Assembly: GCA_048213135.1 (NCBI GenBank)
Contig: PS015054.1
Coordinates: forward strand, 381,812 to 445,811
Reading direction: 5' to 3'
DNA: 64,000 nt
DNA from: Reclinomonas americana ATCC 50394
Lineage: Eukaryota
Shown here: positions 43,701 to 57,164 of the stretch, piece after piece
How positions within the stretch are numbered: position 1 is the stretch's first letter
How the letters are laid out: each line of letters opens with the position of its first letter
Notes under the pieces: model-generated
Database searches by the model: none
Told to the model about the DNA's origin: nothing
What the model saw: only the letters and a program-made list of their open reading frames with translations
Translations under genes and position numbers: made by a program

Positions 43701-45999
43701 CTGCGCAGGTCGGGCGGGAGAATGAGCGCAACAGTCGATCGCAAAGCATCGCTTGCGACAACACACCAATGGTACACGAGAAGAACGGATCGACACGTCG
43801 CTGGTCGGGCGGCAAGGAAATGGCCACCGGAACCGGACTGCGAACACCTGCAGCAGGACACCAGTCAAACACATGCGGCACGGAGAGGGAGGCGAAGACC
43901 ACGCATGTACCTCCCGGTGGCGGAGCGGGGAAGCGCGGTGGACCACCACCGACAAGGCCCGTGGACATGGAGGCCACGTACGTCTCATTGGCTTCGTTCT
44001 CGTCAAAAGGCAGTCGAGGAACCAGCTCGTGGCCTGCACACGCGCGCGGACACACAGTTGGTCCACATTGTGTGTCAGCGCAACGCTCACTCCCGCCCAC
44101 CCCCCTCACCCATCACAATCAGCCAGTCGCACGGCACATGCTTCACACCACAGTCCATCAGCTGCAGGTAGTGACCGGGGATCCACAGCACCAGCAGATC
44201 GTGGATGGCGCCAAAGATAACCCGGCACCGCCGGAACTCCTCCTCGTCGATATCGTGGGGCTGACGAGGAGCAAGTGAGTGTGCCACACAAAAAGGCACA
44301 GAGAATCTCCGCTGCACTTCACCATGATGGTCGCCTCGAGACGTGTCTTTTGGTGAATCATGTAAATGTGCACGAGGATCTGTCGCTGGAAACCCGACGC
44401 CGGGTTCTCCTGAATGACTTGCTGGCACAGACACAAACCGAGCTGCCGCGCAACGATGCGTCAGCAGCAGCAACCTCACTCCACCAATCGAGGATGTGTG
44501 GGTACGCACCTCACGCAAGTGTACGACATGCATGTGGAGACCGCGGTCGGGACCGGCGTTGCCACATTGCCACACAGGCAGACTCATCGAGGCTGGCGAT
44601 GTCGACGGCGATTCCGACAGAGCATACTCGGGGAGCGGGAGCTACAAGAGGGGAAAGGCATTGTCATTCCATTGACTACACATCGCACACGAGATGCAGG
44701 GTTAGCTACACACCGGCAACTGTGCATCGAGCACAATCTCCGGTCGTCGCGGATCGGCCAGTGAACAGCAGCGGAAACATGTCTCCTTTTGCTGTATGTA
44801 CCTCGGTTAATCGATCTGCGTTCACACACATGCACGCGCGATACTGCACGCAACTCCACCCTGCTGCCGCAGCGCGACAATATACAGTGCACGTCTTTCA
44901 CAGTCCCACTCGTACCACACGTGCCGTTTGACCAGTTGCACAATGAGTTCCGGCTGCGATGTGATGCGCTTGCAACGCTGCGCCACACACACGCACAGAA
45001 GTGAGCACGGAGGACCGCAAGCAGGGCGCGCCCAGCAGCACACACCGTATTCGACGAGGAAATGTTTTCGAGAGGCAACTTGTACAACTCGATGCGCTCC
45101 TTCTCTACAAAGAACAGGAACCAGGCATTGTTGTCGAGCGTCGCCAGGAACTGAATAGCAGACGGAAGTGAGCGAGGAGGGGCGGTGGTGATACCACGGG
45201 AGAGCACGCCACTTGCCTGGATGCGCTGATACTTGCGCGAACGCAGGTAGCACGAGAAGCGACCACGCTGCGGCCGAATCTCCACCAGGTACGTATCGAA
45301 AGCACCTGTGGATCACCGATGAGCACGAGACACGTAGCAGCAGCAGGTAGAAGTAGCAACGCAACTCTCCACCGTGCGACGCCCATCCTCGCCCAGCTTC
45401 TGATGCGAGTTGATGGTGGTGAAGGCTGCGAAACCAAAATGAATTCGCCCGACAACCAACCCTCATCTCCCTCCTTCGCTCACCGAGAATCGTATGATCA
45501 TGATTGACCGAGGCCGACACACAGTTGAGAATGTGCTCATGCACATAAATCGTCTCCGCCGTGCCCGTCATGGGATGCACCAAGTCAATGCAACTCCCCA
45601 TTCCATTCTACACACACACACACACAGCTGAGAACAACCAAGCCACAAGAGAGACAGACAAACACACACGCGCACCAGTGGCAACGGTACACCCTCCTCC
45701 TCCAGCGGCGTATCCCACGACACCAGCAGGTAACCCTGCGAGTCTTGCCCGACCACTCGCGAGCCGGGTTTTCTCACACGCACCGGCGGCATTGGCGGCA
45801 CCGCTGAAGCCTCCTCTGTGGCCACTGGCACACCTCCATCACCACCAACATTAGAAGCAGCAGCCGTGTTTGTGGAGTCTGCTGCCACAGCTGCTGTGTT
45901 GAGAGGCTTGCGCACTCGATTCTCCACGCGTACGCCGCCTGTCAGCTCCCCACTGCCCGCCAGCGAGAACAGGTCGCACACAGGCGTCACGCGCAACAT
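40768..45999 (-). CDS. GSAP: Gamma-secretase-activating protein / pigeon homolog
   Basis: SASVNHDHTILAF, TYLVEIRP, YQRIQFL, WYEWD, LWIPGHYLQL, LVDTHSGVLY, EYLLGSSY and C-terminal LGFPVSEEFQEEFVALGLHCL...FLQYVRAGVF parallel remembered GSAP blocks. Confidence 0.75.
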
Positions 46000-46077
46000 T
46001 CGCTGTCTGTGTGTGAGTGTGAGCGTGACAAAGCGCCCTGCGTGACTCATTCATTGACTTGTGACTCTCTTGTAAGA

Positions 46078-49000
46078 ATGGGCGTCCCCGCGTTCTTCCG
46101 GTTGCGTGCCACTGCCCCTCGCGCGCTCTCTCTCTCACACACACACGTGCTCTCTCTCTTTTTGGTGCTCACGTGCATTGCGCGCGCAGATGGTTGAGCA
46201 CCAAGTACCCACTGGTGATGCGCAACGCGGTGGAGGTGCGTCCAGAGGATCAGGCGGGTGTGCCGGTGGATATCACCGAGGCGAACCCGAATGGCGAGGA
46301 GTTTGACAACTTGTACCTCGATATGAATGGTGTGTGTGTGTGTATAAAGGAGAGTGCATGCATGCATGAAAGTGTGCTGACTTTTTTTGCGTTGTGAAGG
46401 CATCATTCACCCGTGCACGCATCCGCCTGATGGGGTGAGTGTGTGTGTGTGTGCGTGCTCTCTCGTTCTCTCTTTGTGTGTGTGAGGGGGAGAAGAAAGG
46501 GTCTTGTTTGAGTTGGTCATGACTTTGCGTGGGGGGACATGTGCAGGCGCCGCCTCCAACGGAGGAGCACATGATGGTGGCCATCATGGAGTACATTGAC
46601 CGCATCTTTGCGATTGTGCGCCCGCGCAAGTTGCTCTTCATGGCGATTGGTAAGAGAGAGAGAGAGAGATGAAGGCAATGCAGCATTTTGACACTTTGTC
46701 TGTGCAGATGGAGTGGCTCCGCGTGCCAAGATGAACCAGCAGCGGTCGCGTCGTTTTCGTGCGGTGAAGGAGGCCGATGAGCGTGCAGCAGCGCGTGAGG
46801 AGCTGGCCAAGGAGCTCCGTGCGCAGGGCCACAAGATCCCGCCACTGGAGCACGGATCGGTGTGTCACTGCTGCTTGCTGCTTGCTGTTACGTTGCATGC
46901 TGACTGGTCTCGGCAGCACTTTGATCGCAATGTCATCACACCCGGCACTCCGTTCATGGCCAAGGTGGCCGAGTGTGTGCGCTACTATGCGCTGAGTCGC
47001 ATGAACACGGAGCCGGCGTGGAAGAACGTTGAGCTCTCTCTCTCTCTCCTTGCCTCCTGTGCGCGTGTCTCTCACACGGTCTGTGTGTGCTGGTGTGCTG
47101 CAGATCAAGGTGATCTTCTCCGACGCCAATGCTCCCGGTGAAGGCGAGCACAAGATTGTCGAGTTCATTCGTGAGACGCGTGTCCGCGAGGGCTACGATC
47201 CCGACACCAAGCACGTGTTGTACGGCTTGGTACGTTTGCCGTAGTTTCCAATCCCCCCGGCGCGCTGGCTCACACTTGTCGTTGTGCTCGTGCAGGATGC
47301 CGATCTCATCATGTTGGCTCTGGCTACACATGAGGCGCACTTCACCATTCTGCGTGAGCAGGTGTTTGTGCCGCGCGATGAAATGATGCAAGATCGTGAA
47401 CGAAAGCAGCTGCTGGAGCGCATTGAAGAACTGCGTGGTACGCTTGACGCTCGCGCGCGTGGTGGCGAGAGCCCTCGTGCTCTTGCTGCTGCTCTTTTCC
47501 CCCCGCCTTTGCAGCCTGTGGACCAAAGCTCTGTTTCCCTGTTTGTGTGTGCGTGCGTGTGTGTGTGTGTGTCTGTGTATTGCGTGTAGCGTACGGCAAG
47601 CCGGTTGAGACAGAGGAGGAAGCGCGCTTGAACGAACTCGAGGCGGCGCGCGCAAAGGGACCAAAACCATTCCAGCTGCTCAGCATTCCAGTCTTGCGAG
47701 AGTATCTAGAGGCCGAGGTCTTTTTTTCGAGAGTGTGTGCAAACTTGCAGCTCCACGCCCAGTGTTGCTCATGCGCAAATGTGTCCCCTCCTCCTTCCCT
47801 CCCCCGCCCTTTCAGTTCCAAGTTCCGCAAGGCACACTGCCGTTCCCGTACGATTTTGAGCGCATCATCGACGACATTATCTTTATTCTGTTCTTCTGCG
47901 GCAATGATTTCCTGCCGCACTTGCCGGCGCTCGACATTCGCGAGGGAGCCGTCGACACCCTGTTCAACATCTACCGACGCATGCTGCCGCAGCTGGGCGG
48001 GTACGTCACCGATCGAGGCAGGATCAGTGTTCCCCGAGTAGAGCGTCTGCTGGCCGAAGTTGGTCAGTGCTCCCTCTCTTTGCACCGTAGTCGTGCAATC
48101 TACGCGGCCAACAATTATTTCTCCACTCGATGCAGGCACGTTGGAGGAGAAGTTTTTCATTCAGCGCACTCAACGCGAGGCACAGCGTGCTCGCCAGATG
48201 GCCAACCGCCGGTCAGTGCCCCTCTCCGCTTCGGCGGTCATGTTGTCTCGATTCTCACTCTCGTGGTCAGTGATGGCCATGGCCACGGCCACGGTCACGG
48301 TCACGGTGGATCGCGGGGCGGCGGGACTCCACAGACGCCCATGACGCCTCTGTCACCGTCGACACCGTTTTCGACCGTTCCCGGGTTTGCGGTGCCGTAT
48401 CAGGTTGTGGGCACAGCGGCCGAGATGCCCAAAATCGACGTGGTTCGCCGTGGTGTCTCCTGTCGGTGTGACATTAACATTGTGCCTGACACGCTTGTTT
48501 TTTATGTCTTGCACAGGCGGCCCTGGCGGAGGCAACTCGCCAGAATCAGTCGGTCAGTGCCGAGCTGCGCACTCGCGACAGCGGTGCTGCCAACAAACAG
48601 GCAGCGCGCGAGCTGAAGAACCAGCTCCTTGGCAAGCGCAAGCGGCCAAAGGATGAAACCGCGGCCGCTGGAGACGACACGGCTGCCACAGAGGCCAGCG
48701 CTGCCGCAGATGCTGCTGGCGAGGCTGTGGCAGAGGAGAGCATGGAACCGGTGACGGTGCTGCCGGCGGACGCACCTGATGCGGAGCTCGATGCGGCCAT
48801 GGCGGAAATGGCGGATGACATCCCCGCGCCAGAGTCTGACACTCCGGCAGGGGATGTGGAGGAACCACCCGTCAAGGCACGCAAGCTCGACGATGGCAGT
48901 TTCGTACCTCCTCCTGTGCCCCCCCCCCTCTCTGCCATATGGAGCACGAGCATAATCAATGTTGCTGCAGCTCCCATGGCCACGGCTGCCGCGCCAGAGG

Positions 49001-52000
49001 CAGAGGGACTGACTGCAGCACCTTCACTCGGGCCGCTGGAGATGGCCGCCGACGACGAAGAGGACGAGGCAACTGCGGCAGTGGTGGAGGAGCTGGAGGC
49101 AGTGAAGGCGGCTGCGGATAAGGATGCCGAGCAATCGCTTCACTTGTTCACCTACATGTTCAAGAAGAAGACGCAGGAGCTGACCCAGGTCGCTGATGCC
49201 GCCGACAATTTGCGGTGCGTGTGGATGGTGGTGACTCAGTGTTTGACGAATTTTTTCTGATTTCGTTTGCGCAGTCTCGGTGAGGCGGGTTGGCGCGAGC
49301 GGTACTATCAGTCCAAGTTCCATGTCGCGTACGGCACGCCCGAATTCGAACAGTTCAAGCGCGAGATCCAGCGCAGCTACATGGAGGGCCTGCAGTGGGT
49401 GTACTCGTACTATTATGTGCGTCCATAGTTCCTCATCTTGAATTCTTCGTATCCAGAAACTCATTTTCTGCTGTTGGGCACAGGGTTCGTCGCCGCTGTC
49501 GAGCGCCTGCAACTTTACTGCTTCACTGCTTGTATTGCGATGCTGACTTTGTTTCCGCCACTTGTGTGTGTTTCTCAATGCGCGACAGATGGATGCCCGT
49601 CATGTTGCGTCTTTTCGTTGTGGACTATCGAATCCTCTCTCGCTGAACCTTGCAATCTCCTTTTCTCTTTCTCTTGTTCGACCTGCAGGGTCGTGGTATT
49701 TCCCGTACCACTATGCACCCATGTGCTTCGAGCTGGTCGGCCTGGCTGAGTTGTACCCGGAGCAGGGTCCGACATTTGAGCTCGGCAAGCCGTTTGCTCC
49801 GTTCGAGCAGCTCATGGCGGTGCGTTCCCTCCTCGTGTCGCTGACTCTACACGACAAGGCTCGTGACTCATTGCGTTCACGTGCAGGTGCTGCCGGCGGG
49901 TTCATGCGCGGCTCTGCCCAGTGGCTACCACTGGTTGATGAAGGAGCCGTCGTCACCGATTATTGACTTTTATCCGGAGGATTTCGTCATTGATCTGGAG
50001 GGCTGCAAGGCGACATGGATGGGCGTCGCGCTGCTGCCATTCATCGACGAGCAGCGCTTGCTGACGGCGCTGGAACCAGTCAAGACGACGCTGACTCGGG
50101 ACGAGATTGCTCGCAACTCGCTTGGGTGCGTGCAATACGCAAGTGGTGCTTTTGTTGAAAACACCATTCACTCACAATGTTCGCCGCAGTGAGACGCTCT
50201 TGTTCCTCCACCGAGAGCATCCCTTTGGCGGTGCTGTTCTGCCTCTTGGTATGTCAGCGTAACGTACATGTGCGCTCACGAGGTTGGGAATCTCATCGTT
50301 GCCTGCGTGTCTCAGTGGCCGGCGACGAAGCAGAGGAGGTGGAAATGGATCCGTTGCTCACTCCCAGCATCACCGGTCGCTGCAAGCGCACCGACAAGGC
50401 GGTGAAGGTCGACGGCGTTGTGCGTTCACCGCTCCCCAAGTGAGTGCGCTTCCCGGACCTGTTGTCGTCGTCGTGGGAGAAAATGGTGTTGACAAGGTCT
50501 CGCAGGTCAATGGGAACCGATGTGCCGCACAATCAAGCTCTGGTGTGCGTGTACAAGCTGCCCGAGCACCTTCCGCACATTACGCACTTGCTGCCGAACG
50601 TCAAGTTGCCTCCGCGCTGTTGCGTTGACACTGCCTTGTGTGTGTGTGTGTGTACCGCACACTGTGCTCATCACGCAAGCCCTCCCCTTCATGCAGTGAT
50701 TCCAACGGACTGGGCGCCGCGCCGTCAGAGCTTCGGCGGCGGCGGTGGTGGTGGTGATCGCGGCAATGGTGGTGGTTACCGTGGCGAAGGCGGCTACGGT
50801 GGCGGCCGTGGTGGCGGTGGCGGTGGCGGTGGCGGCCGTGGTGGTTATCAAGGCAATCGCTTCAGCCACTCGCAGCAGGTGTGTACGCACTCGCATGCGT
50901 CTGTGTGCGTGTTTGTGAGCAAGTGATCTGATAAGCGCGCGCGTGTCATCAGATGATGATGGACGCAGAGGCTGCCAAGCGCATCATTGAGGCGCACCAG
51001 GGTCGCGGTGGTGGTGGTGGTGGTGGTGGTGGTGGTGGTGGTGGCCGTGATCAGTCGTACTCGTCGCAATCGTCGCAGCACGGGTATCACCAGCATCAGC
51101 AGCAGCAGCACGGACATCATCGCCAGCACGACTCATATGGTGGCGGTGGTGATCGTGGAGGCGGTCGTGGAGGCGATCGAGGCGGTGACCGAGGTGGTGA
51201 CCGAGGTGGAGACCGCGGTGGTGGCCGTGGTGGTGGTGGTGGTGGTGGCGGCCGTGGTGGTGGTGGCTATCCTGACCGACGGTTCGTGGACCCCTCGTCA
51301 CCATTCATTGTCACTGTGTTCTCATTTTATCTGTCTTGTGATGATGGTACAGGGATTCGGGATACAACCGCAGTGGCAGTGGTGGACGACAGCGCAGTCC
51401 GCCTCGTTCACACGGTGGCGGCGGTGGCGGCGGAGACCGGTGAGTGTGCCTGCCTGCGAGTCCATTGGTGTGTTTCTGCGCTGGTTCGCTTACAATTAGC
51501 CTCGTCTGTCAGGTACTCTGGTGGCCGCCGTTCGCCTCCTCGTCACGGTACGTGTGTTTGCTCATTCCGTGCCATTGTCGCACCTGTCTCATTGTGTTCA
51601 CGCGTGCGTGCGATGCAGAGCGTGAATCGTATTCTGGTCGACACGGCAGTGAGCGTGACCGCGTGGTGCAGCACTACGGTGGCCCGTACATTCCCAAGCT
51701 GCCCGATCGGCAGTACCAGTCCAACTCTCCCGAGCGGCACTACGGTCGCGACGACGACAGGAGGTGAGTGTGTGCCCCTGTGCATGAGTGCCATGCGCTG
51801 TTATCGGCTAAGCTGTTGTGCATGCAGGCCGCGATCTGGATACCCGTACGAGCCTGCTCCCGAATATGGTGCTCCCCGGCATCACGGTGGGGCGGCCGCT
51901 GCTGCTGCAGCTGCTGCCGCCGCTGCCGCGCCGATGATGCACCCCGGCTATGCTCGTTGCGTATTCTGTGTCTGAGTTTCGTCTCCTTTTGCGCAAGCAT

Positions 52001-52593
52001 TGCGTGCTCACTCTTCTTCGCCGCAGCTCCGATGGCCTACGGATCGCAGCCGCAAGCCTCGGCACCCGCGGTGGGCGCCTACATGCCTGCCGCAGCCATG
52101 CCAACTGCCGCCGTGGCTCCTGCACCCTACATGGCGGCGCAAGTGCCGCAGCCGCGTGCTGGTGGATACGCACCGGTTACCGGCGGCTACGGCATGTACG
52201 GTGGCGGTCCGTCGCCGTACGTTGCCGCCGCGGCCCCTGCCCCCGTGGCTCCTGGCTACGACGCAGCGTATGCTCCCGTGCAGTACAGCACGCCCTCGTA
52301 CGCGCAGCAACAGACGCCGCAACAACTGAGTGGCCAGGTATTGTGTGCTGCGCCCGCACTTTGTGAAGTGTCTCTCTGCATGCCAACCACCTCCACAGTT
52401 GCAGAACGCCTTCTCCGCGCTTTCACAGCAAGTGTACGCGGCCGCTGGCCTGTACCCACCGCCAGCGGTTGCGGCAGCGGCTCCTGCCGTGCCACCGCCG
52501 CCGCCGCCTCCGCCGCCACGCCAAGCGGGCTACGGTTATCCACCACAACAGCAGCCGCCGCCGCCTTCGGGCTCCGGAGGCTACTATTACTAA
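46078..52593 (+). CDS. XRN2: 5'-3' exoribonuclease 2 (Rat1/Xrn2) with an RGG- and Tyr/Pro-rich tail
   Basis: [99 protein letters not shown]. Confidence 0.95.
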
Positions 52594-52775
52594 AGTGGAT
52601 CACTGCCGTCGAGTGCAGTCGTGCATCTTCCTTCCCCAATAACCCATTATTACAAGAACCCCCAATCGTCAAACGTGCACTAGACGCAGCACAGAGGGCA
52701 CGTCCTGCAATTCTCCTCATTGTTTCGTCGTGCGTCGGTGAGAGAAGGCAAAGGAGTGTGTGTGTGAGAGAGAAC

Positions 52776-55700
52776 ATGGACGAATCCCAACGACGCAAGC
52801 GACGCAAGCTCAACTCGGGCGGCAAGGCAGGCGGAACCTTTGCCTCTCCCGCCTTCACTCGCCCCTCGCCTGTGATCGCCCCAACTGCCTCTGCCGTCGC
52901 GGCCTCGCCTCAGCACCCACCCTCTGCACCCTCCGACCACGGCGACGAGCCGATGCTCCCCGCGGCCGCCTCCTCTGCCTCGTCTGCAGCATCCGCATCT
53001 CCGGCGTTGCTGTCGTCGTCGGGTTGGTCGGGTTTCCGCAACCAGCCTGCGAGTGCTGCAGTGCCGACGAGTCCGCAGGCCACTCGCACTTCCACTACGA
53101 CGACTACTGCGACCACAACAGCAGCAGCAGCAGGTGGAAGCAGCAGCAGTTCGTGGAAAGCAGTCCCCGGTGCATGCGGGTCGCGAGATGATGACGAGGA
53201 CGAGGAGGAGGAGGGCGATGAGGGCGCCGCCTCTGCTGCTGCCGAGACTGCAGTTGTGTTCGTTGTCACTGTTGGCGTGTACCTCATCGGTGTGCTGATT
53301 GACGGTCGTGCAGCAGCGGGCGCGCAAGTCGCGCTTGACGGCCAATGGCATGCTGGCGGCGGGCGATGGGGACATGAAGTACGTGGTGGTGACTGGCGGT
53401 GTCCTGAGTGGCATTGGCAAGGGTGTCACTGCGTCGTCGCTGGGGGTGAGTGCGTTGTTGTCGTGTGTATGTGTTCCGTTCCTGCGTGCTTACTGAATCG
53501 GTGTGCAGGCTCTGTTCAAGGCCCACGGCTATCGCGTCACAGTTGCGCCCCCTTGTTTCTCCTCTTCTTGAGCTTGTTCGCCAGGGACTCATGCAGCGGG
53601 CGCGCACAGGCCATCAAGATCGACCCGTACCTCAACATTGGTTTGTTCGCACTTCTTCCTCTCGGCCTCGTGCGTGCATGTTTGCCGACGCGCGCAATGC
53701 AGATGCCGGTACCATGTCGCCGTTCGAGCACGGAGAGGTGTTTGTGCTGGACGACGGTGGTGAGGTGGACCTCGATCTCGGCAACTATGAGCGCATGATG
53801 GACATTACGCTGTCGCGCGACAACAACATCACCACCGGCAAGGTCTTCGACTCGGTGATCCGCAAGGAGCGTCACGGCGACTACCTCGGCAAGACCGTGC
53901 AGGTGATTCCGCACGTCACCGACGAGATCATCAACTGGATCATTCGCGTGTCGCACATGCCGACTGACGGCTCTGGCCAGTCGCCGCAAGTCTGCGTGAT
54001 TGAGATGGGTGGCACAGGTTCGTGAGCTTGAGCATGTACGCTCCTGTGCACTATCCTCTTTCTCAAACACGCGTATTTGTACATTTACAGTGGGCGACAT
54101 TGAGAGCATGCACTTTGCCGAGGCACTGCGCCAGCTGCAGATCCGTGTCGGTTCGCGTAACTTTGCCGTACTGCACGTCAGTCTCGTTCCGTGGGTCGGC
54201 GGTGCACCAAAGACCAAGCCGACACAGCATGGGTATGCAAAGGTTGCCCTTGTTCCTCCCCTTGCACACCAACACTCACCCCACGTTCTCATTGGCAGTG
54301 TCCGCGATCTGCGTGCTCTCGGTCTTCCGCCCGACATTATCATTTGCCGTGCGGAGCAGCCGGTGCCTGACGATGCACGTGAAAAGATCGCGCTGCATTG
54401 CCACGTCCCGTTGCAGCACACCATCTCCGTGCACAACGTCTCCAATCTCTATCACGTGCCGCTGCTGATGGCCAATCAGGGCGTCATTGACATTCTCGGT
54501 GACAAGTTCGGCTTGTCGGTACGTGGCCACGGTGTGCTGCCGCCCTATCGATGCTTGTCTTGACAACGTTGCTGTCGGTGACCAGGGTGCGATTCCACGA
54601 TCGCTGCGACTGCCGTCCACCCGAGGTCTCTCCCCACTCCTCGCCAAGATTCCGTCTGCTTCCACTCCCACCTCAGCGGCGGCCGGCAGCTCGTCAGGCG
54701 CCTCGTCTCCGAGGCACACGCAGCTGTTCTCGCCTCGCGTTGCGTAATGTTCTGCGTTGTCTACTCTACTGGGACCCTATCACCAACTCCCTTGCAGTCG
54801 GTGTCATTCGGCGACCGCTCGGCGCCTGCCGTCAGGACCGCTGTGCGCACTCTTTGCGAGCTGCTTCGTGACAACTATGCGCGGTTCTGCCATGCAACAG
54901 GTGCGTTGTTCCTGGCGAGTCTCTCACACAGCTTTGGCTGACGATGGCGAGTGATTAGATGATGCACGCGATCGCGACATGGGTGAGGGTCACGGCGACG
55001 CTCTGCATCTGTGGCGTTCGCTTGCCGAGCGCGCCGACCAGGACATGCCGCTGGTGCGCATTGCGGTGGTCGGCAAGTACACTTCCATTGAGGATTCGTA
55101 CTTGTCGGTCATCAAGTCGCTGCAGCACGCTGCCATGGCCGGTGAGTAGAGCACCACTGCTGGAGAGTGAGAGACTGTGCAGACTCTCACAGTGGCGTTG
55201 TGTACAGTGGAGCGACACTTGGAGATTTTGTGGATCGAGGCGTCGGATCTGGAGGGCGGCATTTTCCACTCTGCCGTCTCGCTCTCTGCTCGTTGCGCTG
55301 GTGTCTTGCTCGGCTTTCATTCATGTGCACGATGACCAATCGTGCGTGTCACAGGAGGCGTGGTGTCGGAAGACGTGCACAAGGTGGCATGGGACAAGCT
55401 GCGCGTGGCGGATGGCGTTGCGTGCAAGTCATGTGCAAGAGTGTGCATGAGAGTGCATGTACTGATGATGATGTTTGCAGATTTTGGTGCCTGGTGGCTT
55501 TGGCGATCGCGGTATCGAAGGCAAGATCGCAGCGGCGCAGTGGGCGCGTCGAACCAACACGCCATTCCTGGGCGTGTGCTTGGGCATGCAGGTAAATGTC
55601 GGACTGTGCTTGTCGTCACAGTGGTGTGGACAGGATGTTTCTCACACTGCTTTGTCGCCTTTTTCGCAGTGTGCTGTCATTGAGTTCTACCGGGACGTGT

Positions 55701-56355
55701 GTGGCAAGGCGGATGCCAACTCGGCCGAGTTCGACCCCAACACTCCGCACCCAGCACTGATCCACATGCCTGACATTGATCAGGAGAACATGGGCGGTGC
55801 GTGCACAAGAGGAGAAAAAAGTGCAACGATGGGGGTCTGACCCTCTCGCTCCTTCTCTCCCTCCCTCCCTCTAGGTACCATGCGCCTCGGACTGCAAAAG
55901 ACCATCTTTGAGGAGCGGCCATCGTTGGTGCGAACTCTCTACGGCGGGCAGCCGGTGGTGTGTGAGCGCCACCGTCACCGCTACGAGGTCAACCCCAGCA
56001 TTGTTGCCGAGTGCGAGGCCAAGGTGCGGTGGTGTTGATGGTGGTGACTGGTCACTCTGAGACTGACTTTTCTCACTCTCTGTACCTCCGAATAGGGATG
56101 CCTGTTTGTCGGTCGCGATCAAGCCGGCACGAGAATGGGTGTGCTGGAGCTCGCCGGCCACCGCTTCTTCATCGGCACCCAGTACCACCCCGAGTACAAG
56201 TCGCGCCCGCACGCTCCCTCGCCTCCTTTCCTCGGTGCGTTGCGCTGTCACCATACACATACTACCTGTGACTGACCACGCAATCCACAGGCCTGCTGCT
56301 GGCGGCATCCGGCCAGATGCCACCGCGCGACGTCATGCTGGGAGCCATGGACTAA
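52776..56355 (+). CDS. CTPS: CTP synthase with an N-terminal low-complexity extension
   Basis: [102 protein letters not shown]. Upstream start tentative. Confidence 0.95.
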
Positions 56356-56497
56356 TGCCCCACCCAAGCATGCACACACACCCACACGTACACCCAAGAG
56401 AATACATATATCAATCACCTGAGCTCTACGACGAGTCACACCGCCCCTCCATTCGCTGGCCACACGAATCTCTTCCTCTCTCTCTCTCCCCACGGTG

Positions 56498-56956
56498 TCA
56501 TGTGGACGGAGTTGCACTCGGCTGATGTGTCGCCGCGTATCGCTCCTGCAACAAACGCTCCTTGTTCTCCAAGTACACATCCCGCAGTTTCCGGAACTCA
56601 TCGTCCGTGGTCCTAACGCGACCAAAGAAGAGTGTCAGCGAGTGAGTGAGCGGAGAATGACTGAATGATTATGTGGCGCAACTGGCGCTTGAGGCACTCG
56701 TTAAAGGCATTGACTTGATCGCGGCAGTGGTAGACCACAGAGACAGTGCGTCCGCGAGTGCATTCACCAATCAAACGTGCGTAGTCCTCGCAGGCGGAGC
56801 GTGCATTCTTCTTGAGGAGATTGTACAGAGATGCCTTCTCGCGACTGGAGAGTGCATGCGAGTGAGTGATGAAGTGCGTATGTGCGTGGAGAGAGGAGAG
56901 GGTGCGCACCCATTGAGGCGCTGGTCGTTCATGGAGGGGAAGTCTGCGGCCGACAT
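56498..56956 (-). CDS. CMC1: COX assembly mitochondrial protein (twin CX9C)
   Basis: ARSACEDYARLIGECTRGRTVSVVYHCRDQVNAFNECL contains two CX9C motifs in a CMC1-like context. Confidence 0.8.
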
Positions 56957-57164
56957 TGTGTTGCGTGTTTCGAATCTTGGGAATGAGGACAAGTGCACGA
57001 CGTCTTGCTCTCCCTTTGTCTGATGAGAGCTCTGCGAGTAGTTGTCACATGCAGATGCAGCGTACATTCGTACCCTCGCTCCTTAATGATACCATTCTTT
57101 GGTGGCAACATGCATCATAGAGCAAGGAGAAACACCTTGTCCTGTCTGCGATCAACAACAACGA

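Noticed and set aside
55250-55262. Apparent GC donor in CTP synthase after DLEG
   Set aside because: A canonical phase-1 GTTGCG donor about 35 nt downstream gives an in-frame join and a normal-length intron.
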